From the NCBI GenBank assembly GCA_937864125.1, contig CALMHZ010000022.1, forward strand, positions 1 through 38,603: 38,603 nt of DNA. The letters are read 5' to 3'. Made by a program: the position numbers and the translations under genes. The stretch is from an uncultured bacterium. Lineage in GTDB: Bacteria; Patescibacteriota; Minisyncoccia; Moranbacterales; UBA1568. Positions 11,268 to 19,900 of this stretch are shown here, piece after piece (within the stretch, counting starts at the first letter, position 1; each line of letters begins with the position of its first letter). A model generated the notes under the pieces. That model was given only the letters and a program-made list of their open reading frames with translations. It did no database searches and was not told the origin of the DNA.

Positions 11268-13868
11268 TTATTGGCCCTCTGAGGAAGGATCGGATGCCGC
11301 GGGGTCGGAAAGAGGGGCTGCGGACCCGGGCTCAACGGTCGATGCTGAAGTCGGACTTGGTTCCGAAACGGGTACGGTCGGAGGGGTCGGAGCGACTACC
11401 GGCACGGGCTCATCCTTGGCGATGTTGCTTCTTCCGCTTTCAAGAGTCTCGATAAATACCGTCACCTGCTTGCGAATAGTATCCCCTTCCGCACCTTCCG
11501 GAAGGAATTCTAAGATTTTACGATATTCGCGGAGAGCGGCATCCCGGTCTTTTTTCTGTTCATACAAGATCCCGAGTCCGAGCCGCACATCGATCAACTT
11601 CTCGTTCGCCTTCAGGATATCCTCATACAACGCTTGTGCCTTGTCATAGTCATCCCCCTCGCCGCGCGCCTGATACAGTGACCCCAGGCTATAACGGTAG
11701 GTCACATTGCCGGGCTCAAGCGCAATCGCCTGCGAAATCGACTCTATGGCCTTGGTATTCTCCTTCAGGCGAGAAAGCGTCACGGCAAGATTGTAATGCG
11801 CGAGAGAAAGATTTTGTTTTTTCTCTATCGCTTTCTCAAAAAATGTTTTTGCCTCTTCGTACAAAGCGGTCTTCTCCGTCCCTTCTTCTTTCTTGGCATC
11901 TCCCATCGCGCGCTTGATCTGTCCGAGCTTCACGAGCAAGAGCGGGTTATTCGGTTCGAGATCAGAGGCCTTCTGATACGCATCAAACGCTTTCGGCAAA
12001 GCATCGGTCGCATAAAGCGCGCTATTTTCATACACCAAGCCCAAGGATTCGGCGATGCGCACATCAGCAGGAGCGATAGCGGATGCTCGCTCGGTTGACG
12101 CGATGGCATTTTGAATATAATTCACCATTTTCTGGGCATCCCCTTCTTCACGAGGCTTCGCCGCCTCCTGGTTGGCAAGAACCATATACGATTGTCCGAG
12201 ACTGACGAAATATCGCGGCTCGCGAGAATAGAGTTCGGCGGCCCGACCAAGATTGCGGATCGACTGTTCGTTCACTTCTTGCTGCCTGAGCACGCTCCCG
12301 GCGTAGATATCCGCGACGAACGCCTTGCCGATGAAAGCGAAGAGGAACGCGACCCCGGCCGATACCACCATGAAAATAAACGCCAACGCGAGGGCGAATT
12401 TCGGAGACGCTTTCAACGAGAGGCTGAGGTACCGCGCGCTCATCTCGCTCTCCCACAGCAGTGCCGCCAAACCAAGGGAAGCGAGCAGCGTCCCGAAGAT
12501 AAGAATCGTTCCGTTGAACGCGGACATGAAGCTTGCGATAAAAAGCATGATGATCGCGCTCCAAAGCCCGAGCGAAAACAGCTTGTTTTTTGCGCTGTCT
12601 ACGGTCAACAAATATACGCCCAAGGAAATGAACGAGAATGCGAGCACGACAAACATGATCGTGCCCAAGACACCGATCGTCGGAAGCGCCTCGAGCAGCA
12701 GCCCAGGCCCCTGATCGAAACGGACCGTATAAAGCGAGTTATTGTTGTACTCCACGGAACGGTATTTGGAAAATGCGTACGCATAATTTCCCGGCCCCGT
12801 TCCCAAAAGGAAATGTCCGTCACCGAGAGTCGACTTCGCTATATCCCACGCGAAAGAGAGTTTCGGCAAAACCTCTACGGGGAGATTCGCTTTCGCGATG
12901 CGCATCTCTCCGACCATGAAGAAAGAAAGGATCACGACAAATACGAGCATGGGGACCCACACCCACTGCTCAGGCGGCCGCACGATTTTCGCAAGCATGA
13001 AGATAAGGAAGAATCCCAATCCCCCAAGGATGACCGGCCAGGTCACGAATGGGAACAATGCCGCGATCAAGAACAGGTTTCCCATCAGACTGAGGAACAC
13101 CACGCCTGCCATGATCCATGTCAAGAAAGAAGCTTTTCTTTCTTTCCTGAAAAAAAGCGCGAAGAGCGCGGTAAGAAAGATGGGGATGGTCATCGAAAGC
13201 AAGGTGACGAGCGTGGAAACGGTCCCCGTAAGGGAAAGCGGGGAGCGGATCGCCACCGACTGCGGCAGAAACTGCACCCCCATGACGGCGAGAGTGCTCC
13301 AAAGCACGACCAAGGACGAAGCCCCGACCAATCCGCCGAACATCCATGTGAATCGTTTCGGAGTAAAGTGCGCGATCAGGAAGTAGTAAGCGAGCACAAG
13401 CGCGAGGATGGAAAGCAGGCCTCTCGAAGGGTCGCCGAAGGGGCCAAGCAGGCTGTGCCAGCGATCGAGAGAGAAAATTGTCGCGATGCCGTAAGTAACC
13501 ACAAATAGAAGGATGGGGACATCGAGCGGTGTCCGCCGTATGCGCATTTCTCCTTGCATCACTCCCTTCGATACCCAGGAGACAAGCCCGATAAGCAACC
13601 AAAAATAGAAGTAGAGCTGTTTTTCGAAAGCGATTCCCTGAAAGGTCGCACCGGTAAAGAATATCGGAAATCCGAAAAAGAGAGCGAACAAGGAAACGGA
13701 TATCGCGCCATCAAAGAATCTGCTCGCTATGCCTGTCTTTTTTTCCGGACTTCTTTTCGGAACCATATGGTCGCCGGGCTTCGCTTGTGTCCGAAACACC
13801 GGGATGGCCGAGGATACATTCTCATCGTTCGCTCTCCGCGTTGCAAACGGTATTTTCCCTTCTTCCAT
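11268..13868 (-). CDS. Polytopic membrane protein of the O-antigen ligase / Wzy_C-like family fused to C-terminal TPR repeats and a Pro/Ser/Thr-rich tail
   Basis: 866-aa ORF. The first 560 aa or so contain more than 10 hydrophobic helices and the Wzy_C-like loop segment HFLLGTGPGNYAYAF. The last 300 aa or so show TPR periodicity (e.g. AHYNLAVTLSRLKENTKAIESISQAIALEPGN, YRYSLGSLYQARGEGDDYDKAQALYEDIL). The tail reads PVPVVAPTPPTVPVSEPSPTSAS. Confidence 0.7.
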   Translation of the reverse strand: MEEGKIPFATRRANDENVSSAIPVFRTQAKPGDHMVPKRSPEKKTGIASRFFDGAISVSLFALFFGFPIFFTGATFQGIAFEKQLYFYFWLLIGLVSWVSKGVMQGEMRIRRTPLDVPILLFVVTYGIATIFSLDRWHSLLGPFGDPSRGLLSILALVLAYYFLIAHFTPKRFTWMFGGLVGASSLVVLWSTLAVMGVQFLPQSVAIRSPLSLTGTVSTLVTLLSMTIPIFLTALFALFFRKERKASFLTWIMAGVVFLSLMGNLFLIAALFPFVTWPVILGGLGFFLIFMLAKIVRPPEQWVWVPMLVFVVILSFFMVGEMRIAKANLPVEVLPKLSFAWDIAKSTLGDGHFLLGTGPGNYAYAFSKYRSVEYNNNSLYTVRFDQGPGLLLEALPTIGVLGTIMFVVLAFSFISLGVYLLTVDSAKNKLFSLGLWSAIIMLFIASFMSAFNGTILIFGTLLASLGLAALLWESEMSARYLSLSLKASPKFALALAFIFMVVSAGVAFLFAFIGKAFVADIYAGSVLRQQEVNEQSIRNLGRAAELYSREPRYFVSLGQSYMVLANQEAAKPREEGDAQKMVNYIQNAIASTERASAIAPADVRIAESLGLVYENSALYATDALPKAFDAYQKASDLEPNNPLLLVKLGQIKRAMGDAKKEEGTEKTALYEEAKTFFEKAIEKKQNLSLAHYNLAVTLSRLKENTKAIESISQAIALEPGNVTYRYSLGSLYQARGEGDDYDKAQALYEDILKANEKLIDVRLGLGILYEQKKDRDAALREYRKILEFLPEGAEGDTIRKQVTVFIETLESGRSNIAKDEPVPVVAPTPPTVPVSEPSPTSASTVEPGSAAPLSDPAASDPSSEGQ

Positions 13869-13902
13869 AAATATTATGAATACACATTATTTTATACTCT
13901 CC

Positions 13903-13931
13903 AGTATAAAGAATATCGCGCAAAAATACAA
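13903..13931 (-). promoter_or_regulatory. Weak candidate promoter upstream of the Wzy_C/TPR gene
   Basis: The minus strand reads TTGTAT-17 nt-TATACT within the AT-rich 131-nt spacer between the giant gene stop (14000) and the ATG at 13868. Confidence 0.25.
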
Positions 13932-13999
13932 TGAAACAAAGGGGCTGGAAAGCTTTAAAAAGGATAAAACTCTTCCCCGCTCCCCTTGTTTCTTGTTTT

Positions 14000-16900
14000 C
14001 TATCGGCGTTCAACCAGCCACCAGTCGATTTTTATCGGCGCCGTTATCGGCTCGGAAACGCGGATATCAAAGCCCACATAATCCCCCTCGTCATTAACAT
14101 ATTTTTCTACCCAGGAAAATCCGCCCGGATTTCCGGTAAAGCTCGTAAATACTTGGCTTCCTTTCATCATCGGGATCATCGCCTTCGTCATCACTCGGAC
14201 ACTCTTCCCATCCCGCTCCCCCGCCTCGTCCATCGCTTCTCCGCTGAAGTCGTCGCGGCCGTCTTGATCGGCATCGATCGCCTTGGGGTAGAGCACGGCC
14301 GTCCCGATCGTCGGCGCCTCAATGTCTTGGTTCTCGATCACGATGCCTCCCGTGGTGAGGAGTCTTGCCTTGATGCTCCCCCCGAGGAGGTCGACATTGC
14401 CTTCCTTGTCTGTGGCGACGAGGCGCTGCATGTCAAGGGTGGTGAAGAACTCGAGGAGGGCCTGGCTCTGGTCCGAGAGGGTCGTCATCTCTTCTTCGAG
14501 CGTCGCGAGGGAAGAGCGGGTGCGGGACTGTTCCTCCTCGAGGGCGAAGACGCGGGTGTCGAGGGCGGTCGTGCGGTCATCTGTTTTGGAGGAGGCTTTC
14601 TCGATGTCCGAGAGGGCCTCGCTTACGGAGAGGAGTTCGGCGTCGATCGAGGCCTGGAGGGAGCCCAAGGTGGTGACGTTCTGGTCGGTTTTGAGCGAGA
14701 GGGTGGCCAGCTTCTCATGCTCCTCGGCGAAGAGGGTGCCTTTCACGTCGGAGAACTTGGCGTAGAGGCCGTGGAGGGCGCCGTCTTGCATCGGGTTCTC
14801 GACGAAGGGCATGAGGAAGTCTCCTTGGGCGAGGGGTTTGTCTTCATTGAAGGATTTCCGATCGAAGTCGTAGCTGTAGGCTTCGTAGTCGGGGATCTGG
14901 AAACCAGCCGTCTGAGCGGAGTAGTGCCAGGCTCCTCCGTAGCGGTAGTAGATGCGGCCGTTGGTCGAATCGATGCAGATCGTGCCGTCGGTGTCGGTCG
15001 AAAAGGTGGTATCATCGCAGGCTCCGGCGTTCACCTTGGTCGTCAAGCCGTCTGCTCCGTTCACCTGGCCGGTTGCGGTCACGTTGCCGTTTGAGGCAAG
15101 GAGGAACTGCTCGACTCCCCCGTAGCTTGCCTTGATGAGGTTGGTTGTGACGCCGGTCGTCGCGGTGTTGACGGTGTCGATGCCGAGGACATTCAAGGTG
15201 GTCGTGGTGTTGGAAAGGCCGGTATTGATGGTGGGGAGGATGCGGAGGCCGGGGTAGGTCTTGGTGAGCGCGTCGTTTTTGGTGAGGGAGAAGGTGAAGT
15301 TCGCGGCGCCTACGGTGCTATCGGCATCGGTTGCAAGAGTGAGGCCCGAGACATCGAGGCGGGTCGAAGGGACGGTGGTGCCGAGGCCGAGACGATTGCT
15401 CGAATCATTCCAAAACAGATTCGTATTGTCTTGCTCCAGCGCCCCGGAAATACCTGCGAACAAAACGGATCCGATAGTCGGCGCGTACCAAGTAGGTGTG
15501 GCAGTTCCCCCGGAAACAAGAGCCTGTCCCGTCGAGCCGGCGGCGGACTGAAAGGCATAAGATGTCCCATCGGAATACGGGAGCGTCCCGGCTGCCCCTA
15601 AGGTCGTCGCGTTTGTTCCGCCCTTCGATATCGCGAGAACTCCCGTCATATTGGCGAGATTGCCATAGTAGGATCCGTCCTGGCCATCGAGAAGATCGGC
15701 ATCGAGTGTCGATCCGGAGCCGTCATTCCCCGAAGTGAATACCGTTCCACCGGTCGTAAACGAGTATGTCTGATCCGCACTGAGATCCCCTACATCAAAG
15801 GCGCCGAAAAATGTCGCGCCGGATGATTCGAGTATTTTTATTTCAGAAAAAGCATTGCCGAGAATGATATCGAATGCGCCGCTCTGGCTCCAGTCCGAGG
15901 TGAGCGCGCTCAAGGCAAGGGTCGGAGTCCCTCCTTCCGCGGCCGAGGCCCCCGAAATTCCATTTCCCGCTGTTATCGTCGCGACATAATTTCCCACGGT
16001 ATCTGTCGTAAGTAAAACGGCATTGGAAGCGATAGTAAAGACTCCGGCATCGGTGATGCTCGCGTCCCCGGAAAGCGTCGCGAACCCCGGATTGCCCGCG
16101 GTGACTCCGAGAAGCACTTGTCCTGATGTGCCGGCTGCCGTGGCGGAAATCGCCGAGGTCCCGTTGCCATACAGAACGCCTTTTGAAGTGAGGGTGGCGG
16201 CGCCGGTTCCGCCATATTGCGCTCCGATGACGGTCCCGTTCCAAAGGGCGCTCGTGAAGGTCTGGCCCGCGTTGAGAAGCGCCACGGTTCCGGTCGCATC
16301 GGGCAAGGTGATCGTCCGATCGGCCGTCGGGTTCGTAATAAGAAGCGTCGTCTCATTCAAATCATCCGCTCCGGTTCCTTCGAAGACGATCTGATTGCCC
16401 GTGGTGACATCGAAGAAAAATCGGGAAGCGATACCGGTCGTTCCTCCGATAGCAAGATCATCGGCTATGTCGGTAAGATATGTGAGTGTTCCGGTGTCCG
16501 TCCATTTGGAAGTTCCGGTACCGGCCGTATTGGAAATCCAGGTGAAGCCCGCGGTAGTCGAATCATAGGAGAGGACATACCCGTTCGTCGGAACATTGGT
16601 TGCTTCCAAGTCCACTTCCTCGATGGTGTTGTTGGCAATCTCAGCTCCGCTAATATCCGTCCCCAAGGTCGAGTTGATGGTAATGGATCCTGCTCCATTC
16701 GTAATGGTGATTCCTGTTCCCTGAGTCATCGTGGCAAGCGTATATCCCGAACCATTTCCGATAAGAACGGTTCCAGCGGCGGCAGCGGCGCCATTTATTC
16801 CGGTTCCGCCATACTGCGCTCCGACGACGGTCCCGTTCCAAAGGGCGCTCGTGAAGGTCTGGCCCGCGTTGAGAAGCGCCACGGTCCCCGTCGCATCGGG

Positions 16901-19900
16901 CAAGGTGATCGTCCGGTCGGCCGTCGGGTTCGCGACCGAAAGCGTGATCTCAAAAGCATCGATGACGGAGCCGTCGAAAGTAAGCGTGTGATTGGTTCCG
17001 TCGATGAAACATCCTCCGCTTGTGCAAGAACCGACATCGGTGATATCGCCCGCGCCGACCGCGCCGGAGGAAACCCATGTAAATCCTCCGGTGGCATTGC
17101 TGAAAGAAAGAAGGTATCCATCAGTGGGGGCATTGGTTGCCTCGAAATCCACCTCCTCGATGGTGTTATCGGCTATTTCCACCCCTGCCACGGAAGAAGC
17201 GCTCAGTGTCAACACTCCCGCCGAGGACAATGTTCCATCCCCCGAAAGAGCAGTAAAGCTGGGAACATTGGTGGCGTTTGCGACAAGAAGCTGTCCCGCG
17301 GTTCCGCTTGCGGAAGAAAGAGGCGAAGTGCCGTTCCCCAAAAGCACTCCGTTGGTAGGAAGCGTCGTAAGCCCCGTTCCCCCATTCGCCACGGCGATCG
17401 TCGTCCCCTGCCAAGTGCCGCTTGTCACCGTGCCGGTAGCCGTGATGCTCGAAAGATTCCCGGTCGTAATCACGGTGCCGGATGCATTGGGAAGGTTGAT
17501 GCTCCGATCGGCGGAAGGATCGACGACGCCCAGTGTGGTTTCGAACGCGTCCGCTGTGGCTCCTTCGAACGCGAGCGTAGAGGCGGAGACATCGAAGAAA
17601 AATCCGGTATCGATGGCAGATCCCCCTAACACGAGGTCATCCGTCGTATCGGTAAGGAAGGTATAAGTACCGTTGTCCGTATATTTGGAAGATCCGGTAC
17701 CCCCTGAGTTCGCGATCCAGGTGAAGCCGCCGGTCGTCGAATCATAGGAGAGGATGAAGCCGCCAGTCGGCGCGTTGGTCACTTCGAGATCGATTTCCTC
17801 GATCGTATTGCTTGCGATATTCGCCCCGACAACGCTCCCGATCCCGAGAGACAGGACCCCGGTATTGGAAAGGGAAGCGTCTCCCGAAAGCGTGACGAAC
17901 GTAGGAATGTTCGATGCGTTCGCAACGAGCAATTGCCCGGATGTTCCCGTGGTCGTACCGAGCACGCCGCCTGCAGAATTGGTCACGAGGCCCGCGCTTG
18001 AAAGCCCCGAAAAGGTGATGGTGCCGCTTGATGTGATGCCTGCGGCCGAGGCGATGGCGCCAGTTGAATTGACCTGGAAGAGATCACCATTGCCTACGGT
18101 GAGGAGGGAAGCCGGGGTGGTGTCGCCGAGGCCGACATTGCCACGAAGCAAAGTCTGGGTGATGGAGGCGTTGCCTAAGACGACCTGGTTCGATTGCGTG
18201 GCCTGGGCCTGGTAGCCTACGGCGATCGCATTGGTGAGTCCGTCGACCGAAGTATTGGCGTCTCTTCCTATGAAGACGCTGTTAGCGTTAGTGCTGAGGG
18301 CGACACTCGAATTATATCCGGCTTGATAGCCCAAGGCGGTGTTGCCGGAGCCAGTGGTGTTGGATTGGCTGGCGTAAGCGCCGAGAAACGCATTATTAGC
18401 TCCGGTGGTGTTGAGACGGCCGGCCGATTTTCCGATGATAGTATTGGCGGAGCCCGTTGACAGATACCCGGCGGCATAATGGCCAAGTATGGTGTTGTAG
18501 CTATACGAACCACCTCCGTCATACCCGGCAGCCGTGTATCCGATGATAGTATTGGCGGTCCCGGTCTCGTTATACAATCCGGCAAAAGAACCGACATACG
18601 TATTTTCAAAACCGGTCGTATTGGAATTTCCAGCGACATTCCCGAAAAAAGAGTTATCAAAACCGGTCGTATTGTAACGACCCGCCTCATTCCCGAAAAA
18701 AGAGTTGCCGGATGTGGTGGTGGTGTATTGGCCCGCAGAATCGCCGAAAAAGGAATTGTAGCTTCCGGTTGTGTTGGCGTAACCGGCATAACTTCCAAAA
18801 AAGGCATTCTGAATTCCGGTCGTGTTCGAAAAGCCGGATTGGGATCCGACAAAGGTATTCTCCGCGCCCGTCATCGTCAGATTCCCCGCGTTTCCGAAGA
18901 AATAATTGTTCAAAGAAGGCTGCGCCGTAATGACAGGGGTGCCATTATACCTGTAGGCCGACCCGGCGGAAACATTGATACTTCCGGCGATATCCAATTT
19001 CTGAGTAGGCCCGCTTGTTCCCACTCCCACATTCCCCGACGCATCGATCACGAAGGGCGTGGTATCGCTTGCCTGGTCGCTTACGAGGAAGGAGTTGCCC
19101 GTTCCCGTGTTGGTGAGCGAAAGAGCGTTGGACCCGGTGATGGAAATGTCGGTCGATGCATCGAGCGTGAGAAGGTCCTTGAGCTCGGTGAAATCAAGGG
19201 AGTCCGCGGTGATGCTCCCGCCCCCGAGAGTCGTCCATGTAGGAATGCCGCTGCCCCCTGAAATGAGCGCCTGCCCGGCCGAGCCGACACTCGAGAATCC
19301 ATACGAGGACCCGGTGGAGTACGCGATCGATCCGGCCGAGCCGAGGGTGGCGGAATTCGTACCGCCGCGGCTCACGGCAAGATATGTTTCGCTCCCAATC
19401 GTACCTGTCCCCGTCCAATAGGCAACCGACCCCATTGTGCCGGTCCCGCTCACGCTTCCCGCGCCCGAAGTGATATCGGAAAATATCGTTCCATCATTGG
19501 AAAATTGCCAGCTTTGAGTGGCTCCGTTATAGCGAAGCGCCGCGGGGGCGGTCGCGTTCGAAACCGTCAGATCGAAGTTCGAAGCAGAAGGGGAGGACCC
19601 CGATCCGATATTGAAAACTTCCGAACTGGTCCCGGTATCGGTATTCTGATCGTGAAGCCGGCCATCAGATCCGAGCAGCAGTTGCTTGGTGCCCGTTCCG
19701 GTAGGAAGTATCTTGATATCGATTTTTCCTTTGGCATCTAGGGCTGGGATATCGCCTCCGTTGGTGCCGAAAGTCTTTCCATTCAGAGTACGCGCGGTAT
19801 TCGCGCTGAATGCCGAAGGGACGGAGGTGATTTTTTTCCGCGGCACGATTTCCGAGTCCTCGCCTATCCGTATGCCCAGATAATAATCCTTGTCGCCTGA

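Noticed and set aside
12111-13508. 465-aa + ORF antisense to the Wzy_C/TPR gene, plus others at 12325-12714 and 12898-13386
   Set aside because: The composition is extremely Arg/Glu/His/Asp-rich and low in complexity. The opposite strand encodes a coherent polytopic membrane protein.
16204-16932. Could the two near-identical 132-bp copies be the template and variable repeats of a diversity-generating retroelement?
   Set aside because: The five differences are four C/T or G/A transitions and one C/G transversion, not adenine-specific substitutions. Both copies are in-frame coding parts of the same gene. No reverse transcriptase or accessory gene is present in the window.
18152-18910. Regular 51-nt periodicity; a CRISPR-like or satellite array?
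   Set aside because: The units are diverged at the DNA level and have no conserved repeat/spacer alternation. They lie in-frame within a CDS, so they are protein repeats.
13931-19261. Multiple long alternative-frame and antisense ORFs (e.g. 13931-15094 +, 16217-17629 +, 16992-17666 +, 18479-19261 +, 18268-18852 -) within the giant gene
   Set aside because: They are a by-product of the Gly/Thr/Ser/Ala codon bias (GGN/ACN/GCN), which keeps several frames open. Only the 2088-aa minus frame is continuous over the whole interval and shows ordered repeats and domain logic.
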